Assembly (NCBI RefSeq): GCF_009914755.1
Contig: NC_060938.1
Direction: 5' to 3' (one strand)
Origin: the human T2T-CHM13v2.0 reference genome, Homo sapiens
DNA: 64,000 bases
Below the pieces are notes generated by a model. That model was not told the DNA's origin. It did not search any database and saw nothing but the letters and a program-made list of their open reading frames with translations. Positions within the stretch are counted from its first letter, which is position 1. Each line of letters opens with the position of its first letter. Of this stretch, positions 1 to 15,905 are shown piece after piece. Both the position numbers and the translations under genes were made by a program.

Positions 1-124
1 ATTTTTAGTAGAGACGGGGTTTCACCGTGTTAGCCAGGATGGTCTTGATCTCCTGACCTCGTGATCCGCCTGCCTCGGCCTTCCAAAGTGCTGGAATTAC
101 AGGCATGAGCTACTGCGCCCAGCC
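1..124 (-). mobile_element. AluY-type SINE, left-arm portion (cut by window edge)
   Basis: Reverse Alu with Y-type 'gtgttagccaggatggtcttgatctcctgacctcgtgatcc'; ends ...cccagcc at 124. Confidence 0.9.
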
Positions 125-944
125 GAGGTTAAGATTTTAGTCAGCTTTCTGACAGAGAGATTAAGTGCTTTGACTCTAGAGCAGATTGGGTGCAAATTCC
201 AATGTCCTACACGTGCTAATTGGAGCAAGTTATTTAGCTTCTCTGGTCCTTAGATTTCCCATCCGTAAGCATGAATAGTAATAGTAAAACTTTTTAGAAC
301 TCTTGAAATATTTGTAAAGCATGTAGCTCTTAGCATATTAATATAATTATGTTAAATGCAATTCAAACAAACAAAAAAACAGCCGACCATCACTACCAGT
401 CAACATTTTTGGCTTCATTTTTTCATTATTTTGGATAACAGTGAAAATTTAGAACCTCTTGTTCCAATTTTCTTTTTGCTTTCTCTCTTTAGATAGATGA
501 GCTTGGTGGTTTAAATTGGTGAAACAAGACTCCAAAGGAGAGGTATGAAGATTATACTTTCAGTTTGAATTTCAAGACTGAATAGTTTTGTGGGATGGTT
601 AGGATATCTTAAATAAAGGGTATGGAGCATAAAATAAATCTTATAGCCAACTCTCCATGTGACAGTGAGTAGAAGAGAAGATGGTAATAAGAGTGAACAT
701 ATCAGAAGTTACAGAAAATGCTTTCTCCTAAGGCCTTGTGGCTTGGGCTTCTTTTCCCTAGTTTTCTTGTTTGATTCATTATCACTGATCAAAGTCCAGA
801 CTTGGCTGTAATGAAGAAGGTGTAGCTTCCAGAACTTTACAGATATTGCCACTTGGTCACTGTGGGACTTCTATTGTCATTGTAATAGCCTTGGAAATCA
901 GGGGACACATTAAGAACAGGGATATGCTGGCCATACTAATTATC

Positions 945-1374
945 TGTTAAAACAAATGAAATATGGCCTGAGAAGGACTCTGTACTTGAGTCCTTGTGGA
1001 TGACCTGTAACCTAGCTTAATAGGCAGACAAGATTGAAAACCTAACTTGGGAGTATGCACCTGTAACAGTAGCTGAGTTTTGGCCAATCCCAGCAGCCAT
1101 ACTTCAACCACTCATAGTCTGCTAAGTGTTCAAACTGTGTTCAAATAAGGCAAATGTCAACCTGGTGCACCAATCCAGCTGTTTCTATACCTCACTTCTG
1201 ATTTCTGTACTTCATTTCCCCTTTTCTTTTGTCTGTAAATCTTCTTCCACCATGTGGCTGTGCTGGAGTCTCTCTGAATCTTGCTGTGATTCTGGGGGCT
1301 GCCTGATTTGCGAATGATACTTTGCTCAATTAAACTTCTTTAAATTTAATTTGGCTGAAGCTTTTCTTTTAACA
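945..1374 (+). mobile_element. 5' LTR (MER57-like)
   Basis: TG...CA termini; aligns by eye to 7861-8273 with several indels; CCAAT motifs and ATTAAA poly(A) signal. Confidence 0.88.
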
Positions 1375-1376
1375 AA

Positions 1377-1394
1377 TGGTGTCAGAAGTGGGAT
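1377..1394 (+). other. Primer-binding site complementary to tRNA-Leu(CAA) 3' end
   Basis: TGGTGTCAGAAGTGGGAT, 18 nt, 2 nt after the LTR end; complement of ...ATCCCACTTCTGACACCA. Confidence 0.8.
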
Positions 1395-2081
1395 CTGAAG
1401 TAGACCTTCTAACAACCTCCAAAATTGCTGAGTCAACAAGCAAGTTACCTGATGAACGTATTTGTGTCCTTTGATGTCTCAGAATGGCTGGGGATTGTGT
1501 GGTAAGTTCTCTCTCAGATTTCGGAGCTCCACAGATTTATGTTTTGAGCTCTCCAGGTTTCTTTGAGCAAATTTCTGATCCAAACTGGGTTTGAAAGTCA
1601 TGACAGAAACTGGACGGGTTGAGGATCAAATTTGATCTGGTAATTAACTAGCTTGGATCCAGTTAGAAGCCTCTTACCTCTGACTGGGTCAGAAAGAAAC
1701 TGGTAGTAAGAGGTAATATTGCAGGGGTTATAAAATTTTGCTTTTAAAAATTCACAAGGATTTTTGTGTTCTACTCCTTTGTTTCATTTTTCTTGCACAC
1801 TTAGGTAGGAAAGATCATTGGCTAAGTTAATCAATGGAACCTAGAGCCACGCCAATATTTTAGGTAAAAATGGGATTCTCAGTTTCTGAAAAACTGAGTT
1901 CCTTCTAGCTTATACATTATACATACATTATACATACATATACATTCCTTCCAACTTATACATTAGGCCTGGGAAGCAGCAAAGTCTTAGAGAAATGGTG
2001 AAATCTTACTAAAGATAATTTACAGTGGAATGTTCTGAATAAACAACAACATAGAAGTGTATTTAAAAATAAGGGCTCCTC

Positions 2082-2407
<326 letters not shown>

Positions 2408-5400
2408 TTAGTTACTATCCTGATCCAAAGGAAACAGACTGCAGCACCAATTGGCTGACTTTGGGTAAGTAGTGGGGTACATTTTACCTGAGTAAAGGAT
2501 GGGATTGCATTGGAGGCCCTCCCCTCAGTAAAGTCCCTCTTGGTTAAAAATGGATTAAAGATGACAGGGCTCAACCAGGGGCAAGTTTGAGCCTTGCCAG
2601 TTCAATACTGCATGCTAAGCAGAGTGGCTAATGTCTATGTTTTGTCACATGTATTTTGCTCTGTCCAGAATGCCAAATGTTAATTTCATTACCCTATGCA
2701 ACCCCTTGGGTGGCATCCTGCAACAGTGAGAAAATTTTGCCTGTGGTTCCATGATTTTTTGTGTATGTGGTTGGCTCCCTGGCACTATAGTATGTTTCAG
2801 GGAAGGGGAACCCAGGAACCTAACACGCTGGCAAAAGTGTAAGAATTTCTTACCAGTCAGGTTTCTGGCCTCTCTTTCCCTGTGCTTCTCTTTCCTTGTG
2901 CAAACTGGGAAAGTTCTGGCCTCTCTTTCCCTGTGTAAACTGGTTAAATGAATGGTAAAAAATCAGTTTATCTTCTGCAAAGTTTTGATTAATGGAAAAA
3001 AGTATTTATGAGGTTAGTCTTAAGCTGTAGCGAATCTGGTATGTTTATGCATCTTCTGTATCATTCTTTCATAAAGAGGGGTACCATAGGATTGAACATG
3101 GGCTTTAAACCCCATAAGCCCACTGCTCAAGATGGCCCAGCAAGCTGGTCAGTAACAAACTTTGCTGCAGGATCCTGAAACAAACAAAAAAACTGGATAA
3201 GGTCTCCATATTGTTTTATGTCTTTGGGAGCTTGACCTTGTGACCATATGGTGGTACTTTCTCTTGCTCTCTGCCTTCCAGGGAAAAGGAATTTTAGGGT
3301 TCATGTCATAGTTACCTCTAAAAATTATCTTGAGTAGTTAAAAGCCTTTGCAAGCTCAAAATTAACTACTCTAGACTCCTTCTGGGATGGGCAGTGGAGA
3401 CTTCCCAGTGCTGTAGCTCAGTAGCTAAGATTTTGTTCTTTCACAGTGGTGGCTTGGATTCAATCCTGGCTTAGGAAATGCATACTTTCTGGTTGATATC
3501 TGTGTGACCTTTATCATTTGTTAATTCTCTTCCTCTCCATGAACAACTTCTGACTTCCCTTCTTGAATTTTCCTTTCTTTGAGCTACCTTTGAAGATTCT
3601 AGATTTTGTAAAAACTGCATGTTTTCCTAGCCCTGTTTCTTGAAGGGCTCTGCCCTAAGGCCAGAATTAAGAAACTGGCAAATAAAACATCTAATAACTA
3701 CTGGATCTTCTTCTGTCTGTGTATTTATGTATGTGTTGTGTGTATGATGTTTATATAAAAGATCTCTAATTAATTGGCATAAAAATAAGCTCTTAAATCA
3801 AATATTTTGAAAGAAAGATAAAAATCCTAATGTCTTTTAGCTCATGTAACTTTAGTAATCTTTGGGAAATAAAAACAGCTTTAAAGATTATTGGTAAAAT
3901 AAAGACATTTGGTCTAAATTAGGCAGGTCAGATATTAGGTTTATTAAATGCTTTAAGGTCATGAACTGTTTTGACTTTTGAAAATTGTTCAATTTACCTA
4001 CCTTGAAGACACTAGATTCTAGATAAGCCCTGGGGACATGTGGAATTAGCAATGCCCCTTAGCCATGCAAAGAAGGTTATAAAGAAAAGATATTTTTATA
4101 TAAGAAAGAATACTGTATGTTAAATTCTTATCCTAAAGTAAAATAATGGTTATTTAAAAAGAGAGATGTTTAGGACAAGTCAGAAAGTCCAAGCACACTG
4201 TAGATGAAAGTCTGTGTAAGTCATGAAAGGATTCGTGAAAGGAAATCTGTGCACCAAAAGCAAAAGTTGCTGAGTTACCATTATAAGATGTGATTGAGAT
4301 TACTGAAAAAAATAGTTTTACGTGCAGGGTATGTGAGGATAGTAAAATGTGTTTTTGGCAAAAGATTATAAGAAGGCATGGGAATGTAAATTTTTGCCTA
4401 GTTTAGAGGGTTAAAGGATTGTTTTAAATTATGTTAGAATAAGCTAAAAGCTTGAACAAGGTGTAGAAGGGTTGTAAAAATTAATCTTGTAAAAGAAATT
4501 CTGTGTGTGAACATATTGACTAAATTTAAAAGGGGATTATTTGTTTTTTCTGTAAATTGAACATCAAAATAAAAGCACAAACAGGGGTTTCTTAAAGCAC
4601 TCATCTGCTCTTTAACAAAAATTTGTAAAGGGTTATAAAAGGTTTATCGGAATCTCACCTTATGGTCAAACTGATGAAGACTGGTTAGATTTGTCTATAG
4701 ACAAATAGACAATAGATAGATTATAATCTATCCAAATTATATATAATTTGTTTTATTAAGAATTGGGTTTGACATTAATAATATACTAATGCAAGGGTAA
4801 AATTTGGCTTTCTCTCTTGAACAAGATTTTCATGTAATATTAAAGGATAATGAAAGATTTTTCTTTGCCTTTTGAGTAAACTACTGAAAAAACGGAAAGA
4901 CAACAGAACAATTGGAAAGCTAAGTCTGTCCTTTATCAATGAGTAAAGGTTTTTGTCTTTTGAAAACTTCGAGTCATCATTTTGGCTAAATGAATGACTT
5001 ATGGTAATCTGGAATACTAGTTCATAATATTAAGTGTTTTAAACCTTTAACATATTTAATAGGCTTCTCAAAATCAAATTTCAGCTTCAAAATTGTCTTT
5101 TCTGACCTCTAATTTTGAGATGATACAGAGGGCTCTTGAAGCATCTAAAAGAGAGATAAACAGGATTATTTGACATGTTTAGTTACATGGGATCGTCAAA
5201 ATAAAAACAATGTTTAATCTTCTTCAGGTTATATTTTCATGAATAATAATAATATATTCCAAAATTTTATGCATTTCTAAAATTCTGATATGTCTGAGTA
5301 TATGCTATCAATCATAATTATGGTTATTGTTATTATAGATCACAGAAATAACCACATTTCCTTGTCTGTTCTGTCTTTACAGCTATTTAAAGTCACTTCC

Positions 5401-5859
5401 ACAGGTAATTGCATAATGCTGATGCAATTTCTAAAAATTTCACAAGCACATAAAATCCTAAAATATGATGTCTTTTAGGAGATTCATGAAAGGATGGAAA
5501 GGACCCTGAAAAGTGCTCTTGAATATAGGTTTCTAATAACTTTAAAATCACATCGTGGGTAAAATTCCCCAATTTCCCCAGAATTGGACCGGGTAAGAAT
5601 TCCTGAAACTTTAATAAAAAGACTGATTGGTTTATAAAACTGCTTACCCCAGTAGAACAAAAATTAATTAAATACCGAGAAAATACTTTGCCAGGTTTTC
5701 ATGCTAACTCAGCCAATATTAAAATTGTTGAGACATACAATTTGAATGAACTCCATGCTCTAACTGAAATTACCTATGACAACCCGTCAGTTATCAGTGT
5801 TATGCACCTAAGTCAGAGAAACAACTGGTATTCAAGAGGACATAAGTCTAGTGTTAAGC

Positions 5860-6460
5860 ATGGACTCATGGAGAACCAGGAAGGCTGCCTTGTCCTTCCT
5901 GAGTCCTTAAAGCTTTTGTTATTAAAGGTTCTGCATTTCATGACTCATCATGGAAAAGATAAAATTATCCACATTACATGCATACTGGTGTGGTGACTTA
6001 TACATTGCTAAATTAGTTTGTAACCAGTATTTGGTTTGTTAAATCCATATTCTTGGGAAGACAACCAAAGCTTCAGGTACACTTGGCTACCCGATGGGCC
6101 ATTTAAACATTTATAAAGGGATTTCATTCAATTGCCATTTTCAACGCATGTTTTCTGTTTGTATAAAAGCTTTCCCATGCAAGAGGGCTGATGTTATAAC
6201 AGTAGATTATTACGCTACAGTGTATTTTCACCTGGTAAAGAAAGGTTTTTATGATTCCCTGAGGACAATCAGCCCCTACACAATCTAGAACCCAAAGATT
6301 GGATCTTCTGAGAACATCAGAGAAAGACTGTCCTTGACATCCACACTATAGCAAAACTTTGGAACTTTGAACTTTGGGTTCGTAATCTCACAACTGAGAA
6401 GGGTCCCTCCACACTCTTGGAACTGTACATCCATTGGAACCCTTAAGGTAAAGCTAACCA
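5860..6460 (+). pseudogene. ERV pol integrase relic (frameshifted/deleted)
   Basis: LHFMTHHGKDK...VCNQYLVC zinc-finger-like residues; GPFKHL*RDFIQLP core start at ~6097-6138. Confidence 0.7.
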
Positions 6461-6779
6461 GGGAAATTTCTCCCCAGAAGAAGATGCCATCCTTGATATA
6501 AACAGCTTTTCCCAAGATCACAGATCAAGACTTCTACTATTATGAGACTCTTATCTTTGAATACTTTTTCCTTGTTTATGCCTCTGTGAACAATAGAAAT
6601 GGAAAGGGGGTCTGTTGTGTGCACTTATATGGTATACTTTTATTCATAAATGATTTTGCAGCCAGCCTTACACATGAATAACCTTATACCTTTACAGATA
6701 AAAAAATGAAAGCCCATTGTAGGTGAGAAACTTTAAAGGTAGAAATATTGCCATGTAATCAGTCAGAAACAGAACATGG

Positions 6780-7341
6780 ATTCACTCCTCTTAACCCACA
6801 TCGTGGGCTAAAGAGAATGTTGCTAGGAGGTCTTCACTCTTCCCAAAGGCATCATTTGTTAGGTCATTTTTCTGTGGTTTGAAGTAAAAGAGGCAATGAT
6901 TAGAAATGTATCCCTCATGATAGGCACTATAGCAGATTCTACTGCAAAGACTATGCTTACACAACAGACTTTAAAGTCTCTTGTGACAGTTATGCTAAAC
7001 AGTAGAATTGGCTAAACAGAGAAGAATCTGTGCAGTGCTAGCACTTGTGGCCTAGGAAGAAATACATTGGGTATTATAGAGATTCAGTTGTAGGGGATTA
7101 ACAAAAAGATCACTTAGTTAAGCAAGTGGACTCTTTATCTAGCTCATTCTTTGATCTATTTGATTTTAGGTGGTTTGGTTTATGGGGAACCTGGGTAAGG
7201 AGCATACTCCAAACTCTTGGTATTATCCTCCCAATAGTTACCACAGTAGTCTCTCTGGTGCACTATATTCTCTTGAAGGTTTTAAATGTTTGCATGCAGC
7301 CATCTCTAGAATGTCAAATGGTCTCTCTTCAACTGGAATGA
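6780..7341 (+). pseudogene. ERV env transmembrane-subunit relic
   Basis: LKR-MLLGG cleavage/fusion-like start, AMIRNVSL heptad region, W-rich FDFRWFGLWGTW then hydrophobic ILQTLGIILPIVTTVVSLV; many disablements. Confidence 0.7.
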
Positions 7342-7860
7342 CAAAAGCTGAAGTAAACATGTGACCATGAGGACACCGTAAACTATGAAGGACATGCTGA
7401 TACCAGAAACCCAAAATGATGGTAACTGAGAGTGGCACTAAGGCCTTAAGTTTGGTTACGCTCTCACCTAAGTGAGAACCTGGCCAAAAAGGGGGAATTT
7501 TTTAGAACAAAATTATGGGAGGCCATTGTATTGGACTAAGATCATGCACTAGACCCCAACAGACCAAACCAAACCAAAACGGAGTTGCTTATGCTAAATT
7601 TGACGTAATGAAACTAAGACTTTAAGGAAACACATAAATTCTAGAACAGACCAGGTTTTGTTTTCCTCCTGAAAACAGAATATTTCAGCATAGGGAGGTA
7701 CCCACTCAGTCCTTGTTCTCTCCTTGGAAAACTCATTCTTCTACTGTTTCCCAGCGGGTTTGAAGACCCAATAAGTACATTTATGATGGTGATCATGACA
7801 TTAATGACTAAAGTTTTGGTCAATCTCTCAAAATTGAGAAAATGACCAAAAGTGGGGAAT

Positions 7861-8273
7861 TGTTAAAGCAAGCTAAATATAGCCTGAGAAAGACTACATA
7901 CTTCTATATTTGAGTTTTGTGGATGAACTGTAACCTAGCTTAATTGAAAACCTTGCTTAGGAGTATGTGCCTGTAACAATAGCTGAGTCTTGGCCAATCC
8001 CAGTGGCCATACTTCAACCACTCAAAGACTGCAAAGTGTTCAAACTCTGTTCAAATAAGGCAAATGCCAACCTGTAACCAATCTAACTGTTTCTATACCT
8101 CACTCCTGACTTATGTACTTCATTTTCTTTTTTTTTTTTTCATCTATAAATCTTCTTCCACCACAAGGCTGCACTGGAGTCTGTCTGAATCTGCTGTGAT
8201 TCTGGGGGCTGCCCAATTTGTGAATCACTCATTTCTCAATTAAACTCCTTTGGCTGAAATTTTTCTTTTAACA
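7861..8273 (+). mobile_element. 3' LTR (MER57-like)
   Basis: Preceded by PPT aaaagtggggaat (7848-7860); homologous to 945-1374. Confidence 0.88.
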
Positions 8274-8604
8274 CCTCTGTACTTTTGGAATAGAAGTACT
8301 TTATCATAGGCATGATATATCAAGGGCAATACAGAAAATGATATTCAGTTGATCGTAAGGCAATTACTCTCACCACTTTTTTAGTAAAATGCAAGATTGA
8401 GAATTAATCTTTGACTGTCTTATATCACAGTTCCCTGCTTTCCCCCAAGCCCTTGGTGGCCTTTCTCCTTGGCCCATGACTTTTTTCTGACTATACACAG
8501 ATGGCCTCTGAGGTGTCCCACTAAGGCTTTTCCTCCCTGAAAGTATGTCCCTCTTATTCCAAAATGTATTCCACAGAATAAATGAAAACAGTGGTTTACA
8601 CTTG

Positions 8605-8800
8605 CATAGCACTTTAGAGTTTACAAAGCTCCTTCTCACTCATTATTTTATTTGCTTTTTATAACACTCCTGTGAGGTAGGGAGCACTATGGAAAAATTG
8701 GATTGGTGTTAAGTGATTTTCACAGAGTTTACATGCCAGGTTAGCTCCCGAACCAGGGCTTAAACTCAGTCTTCTGGTGCCAAGTCCAGTGTTTACTCCA
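8605..8800 (-). mobile_element. MIR SINE relic
   Basis: 'cctgtgaggtagg...aagtgatttt...aaactcagtcttctggtgccaagtccagtg' MIR core; boundaries approximate. Confidence 0.55.
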
Positions 8801-9899
8801 TTACTTCACTTGGATGCTGCATATTATAAAGGAGAAATAGCTTCAAGATATGAATGATTGGTTAACCTCACCTTCTATGGAAGATGCACACTTAAAAGAA
8901 TTGCTTGTTAAATCATATAGAAATTTTTCATTGGTGTAGGAGAGAGAGCAGTTTTTTAATTATTAACTGACATTTTCCTTCTTCCCATTCTACTCTTTCC
9001 ATTCCAAAAGATCAGTGATATGGTCTTCACTGCTGAAAGGTCACTGACTCACTACTAAAAGTAATCAATCAGCAGCCAATAACCTAGGATGTGTACAATA
9101 TCATACTTACTGTAGTATGAGATAAAAAGGCTCATAAGAGTAATGATCCTTTCCTATGAGGAATTTATAACACAGTGAATTAAGATGACATTTATTTTAG
9201 GAGTTGAAGAAAACCCCTTGAAAAAAACTTTGGGGTGATATCTGTAAACGCAATATGAATTAAATGTGTTGTGACCTTCCGTCTGAGCCCTTCCATCCCC
9301 CACAGAAGAAGGTAAGAAATCAACAGAGCTTGCATGCCCCTGGTGGGACCATCATTCTGTTTTTCACAATAAACTGCTGAAACCAGACCTTAAGAGGAAG
9401 CTACAATTAGATCTCATCACCTACCCACCTGCTTTCAAAAGAGACCAATCAGGTTAATTCCCTCAAGCTATGTATGCCTGTTTATTCCAGTGTTCACAAC
9501 ATCTTTGAACCTTCAGATCACCCTTATGGACTCTTATCTCCATAAAGCTTGGTACTTTCTGTAGTCTAACTTTTATCCTTTTCTGACCCTGCACACACTC
9601 TTCATTATGTACTCTGGCTAGCATTTTGCAAGCAGAATCCCTTATGACCTCCACTGTTTTTTTTTTTTTTGCACATTACCTTTATATTACTGCAGTCCTG
9701 TTAAGCAGTGCAGGGTTTTTCTGCTATGCTGGGTCTCAAGTTTTGGTAAGTGCCATTTTTGTTTTTTCAAAACCATGCTGATTCAGATAATTTCTCTTTC
9801 TTCCTTTGTAGAAATTTCTATGCTTGGAAGAAAATTTTAACAGACTGTTCCAACTGCAACCCTTTCTTGTTTTATCTTCAATGATCCTCTCAGCCACTC

Positions 9900-12560
<2,661 letters not shown>

Positions 12561-12611
12561 AGAGAGGACTTCTTTGAGAGAGGTTGCCAAAAAGAACACT
12601 CCAAATCTAAT

Positions 12612-13216
12612 TCTGCTGTCAATGACCTCCAACCAATCACAATTAGAAGCAAACCTGTAGTCAAACTAAGTTGGGTTTGTTGACTCCTTGTAATGAGGGA
12701 GACCATGGAAGTTCCAGTAAGTAAGAGGATTTTAGAAAGAACATATAGGGTTTGGGTTTTTGTTAGGTGATAATGGGAAAGGTTCAAGGAAGCAGGCTTT
12801 TCTTTCAAATGACTATTGTTAGGAAGTAAGAGTAATTCTATAGTTGCATATCTTGATAATTCTCCTCTAGAAGGCAGTAAGAATGCAGAAAATGAAAATT
12901 TTAATGGGTTAAAAAAGCAACGATCACTCATATAACCGGGATAGGGAACTATTTGGTTATTTTTATGGTTTGGACATGGTCTTCTTTTTGTCTGTGTTAA
13001 GACATGAATATGGAATAGTCTTATTTTTGAAAATGGAATAGTCTTGCTCCATTATGGTACTGAGTAGTCTTGTCAGATATTGGTGTTCAGAGAAGCTGTT
13101 TAGTAGGAGATCATCAAGTCCTAACTATGAGTGCTGGACTAGCTCCTAGCCACACCAAGGCCTATGTGATAGTGCCAGGCCATTTTCTAGTTATCAGGGG
13201 TAGCTTTTCTCTTTCA
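12612..13216 (-). mobile_element. Ancient LTR (MER76-like), 3' LTR of a minus-strand provirus
   Basis: Minus strand starts TGAAAGAGAAAAGCTACCCCTGA, preceded by PPT AAAAGAGAGGACTA (13217-13230); family name recalled, left boundary approximate. Confidence 0.55.
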
Positions 13217-13513
13217 TAGTCCTCTCTTTTGGCTGAAAGCAGACTAGGACAGGCCACAGGACATTAATCTATAATATCCATACAGTGTTTTCATCATTGT
13301 CAAAACTATGTCGGTTAGGAGGTTGTCTAGAGAATGTTGTCTGTAGTGGGACTAGGATTGGTCTCTCTGTTCTTTTTGCTGCAAAACAAATTGTTGAATC
13401 CCTTTGACATGACAATAAATTTGAGGTAGCATTTAAGAATATGGAAAGTGTACATTAGCTATATTAACTGCAGTGCAGGCAATTACCAGTAACACAATGG
13501 TTATTAGTTCTTC

Positions 13514-15681
13514 TTTTTTTTTTTTTATTATGCTTTAAGTTCTGGGATACATGTGCAGAACGTGCAGGTTTGTTACATAGGTGTACACGTGCCATGGTGA
13601 TTTGCTGCACCCATCAACCCGTCATCTACATTAGGTATTTCCCCTAATGCTATCCCTTCCCTAAACCGCCAACCCCTGAGAGGCCCCAGTGTGTGATGTT
13701 CCCCCCGCTGTGTCCATGTGTTTTCATTGTTCACCTCCCACTTATGAGTGAGAACATGCAGTGTTTGGTTTCTGTTCCTGTGTTAGTTTGCTGAGAATGA
13801 TGGTTTCCAGCTTCATCCATGTCCCTGCAAAGGACATTAACTCATCCTTTTTTATGGCTGCATAGTATTCCATGGTGTATATGTACCACATTTTCCTTAT
13901 CCAGTTTATCACTGATGGGCATTTGGGTTGGTTCCAAGTCTTTGCTATTGACCAGTGCTGCAATAAACATATGTGTGCATGTGTCTTTATAGTAGAATGA
14001 TTTATAATCCTTTGGGTATATACCCAGTAATGGGATTGCTGGGTCAAATGGTATTTCTGGTGCTAGATCCTTGATGAATTGCCACACTGTCTTCCACAAT
14101 GGTTGAACTAATTTACGCTCCCACCAACAGTGTAAAAGCATTTCTGTTTCTCCACATCCTCTCCAGCATCTGTTGTTTCCTGACTTTTTAATGGTTGTCA
14201 TTCTAACTGGCGTGAGATGGTATCTCATTTTAGTTTTGATTTGCATTACCCTAATGACCAGTGATGATGAGGTTTTTTTCATATGTTTCTTGGCTACATA
14301 AATGTCTTCTTTTGAGAAGTGTCTGTTCATATTCTTTGCCTGCTTTTTGATGGGATTGTTTTTTTTTCTTGTAAATTTGTTGAAGTTCTTTGTAGATTTA
14401 TTAGCCCTTTGTCAGACGGATAGATTGCAAAAATTTTCTCCCATTCTGTAGGTTGCCTGTTCACTCTGATGATAGTTTCTTTAGTGGCGCAGAAGCTCTT
14501 TAGTTTAATTAAATCCTATTTGTCAATTTTGCCTTTTGTTGCCATTGCTTTTGGTGTTTTAGTCATGAAGTCTTTGTCCATGCCTATGTCTTGAATGGTA
14601 TTGCCCAGGTTTTCTTCTAGGGTTTTTATGTTTTTAGGTCTTACGTTTAAGTCTTTAATCCATCTTGAGTTAATTTTTGTATAAGATGTAAGGAAGGGGT
14701 CCAGTTTTACTTTTCCGTATATAGCTAGCCAGTTTTCCCAACATCATTTATTAAACAGGGAGTCCTTTCTCCATTGCTTGTTTTTTGTCAGATTTGTTAA
14801 AGATCAGATGGTTGTAGATGTGTGGTGTTATTTCTGAGGCCTCTGTTCTGTTCCATTGGTCTATATATCTGTTTTGGTGCCAGTACCATGCTGTTTTGGT
14901 TACTGTAGCCTTGTAGTATAATTTGAAATCAGGTAGCATGATGCCTCCAGCTTTGTTCTTTTTGCTTAGGATTGTCTTGGCTATAGAGGTTCTTTTTTTG
15001 GTTCCATATGAAATTTAAAGTAGTTTTTTCTAATTCTGTGAAGAAAGTCAGTGATAGCTTGATGAGGATAGCATTGAATCTATAAATTACTTTGGGCAGT
15101 ATGGCCATTTTCACTATATTGATTCTTCCTATCCATGAACATGAAATGTTTTTCCATTTGTTTGTGTCCTCTCTTATTTCCTTGAGCAGTGGTTTGTAGT
15201 TCTCCTTGAAGAGGTCCTTCACGTCCCTTGTAAGTTGTGTTCTTAGGTATTTCATTCTCTTTGTAGCAGTTGTGAATAGGAGTTCACTCATGATTTGGCT
15301 ATTATTAGTGTATAGGAATGCTTGTGATTTTTGCACCTTGATTTTGTATCCTGAGACTTTGCTGAAGTTGCTTCTCAGCTTAAGGAGATTTTGGGCTGAG
15401 ACGATGGGGTTTTCTAAATATAAAATCATGTCATCTGCAAACAGAGACAATTTGACTTCCTCTCTTCCTATTTGAATACCCTTTATTTCTTTCTCTTGCC
15501 TGATTTCCCTGGCCAGAACTTCCAATACTATGTTGAACAGGAGTAGTGAGAGAGGGCATCCCTGTCTTGTGCCGGTTTTCAAAGGGAATGCTTCCAGTTT
15601 TTGCCTATTCAGTATGATATTGGCTGTGGGTTTGTCATAAAGAGCTCTTATTATTTTGAGGTACGTTCCATCAATACCTAG
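13514..15681 (-). mobile_element. L1PA7/8-type 3' ~2.2 kb (ORF2 RT end, C-terminal domain, 3'UTR, poly-A)
   Basis: ORF fragments 14929-15690 ([14 protein letters not shown]) and 13842-14330 (CWRGCGE..LLHCWW); poly-T at 13514. Confidence 0.95.
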
Positions 15682-15905
15682 CGAGATCAACGCAGAAGGC
15701 GAGTGATTTCTGCATTTCCAGCTGAGGTACCCAGCTCATCTCCTTGGGACTGGTTAGACAGTGGGGGCAGCCCACAGAGGGCAAGCTGAAGCAGGGTGGG
15801 GTGTGTCACCCGGGAAGCGCAAGGGGTCGGGGAACTCCCTCCCCTAGCCAAGGGAAGCCGTGAGGGACCGTGCAGTTAGGAACGGTGCCCAGATACTAGG
15901 CTTTT
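15680..15905 (+). mobile_element. Inverted L1PA7/8 5'UTR fragment
   Basis: 'gcgagatcaacgcagaaggcgagtgatttctgcatttccagctgaggtacc...cccagatact' is L1 5'UTR in the opposite orientation to the adjacent body. Confidence 0.85.

Noticed and set aside
13742-15690. 253-aa reverse-transcriptase ORF as a novel RT system
   Set aside because: Ordinary truncated, frameshifted L1 ORF2
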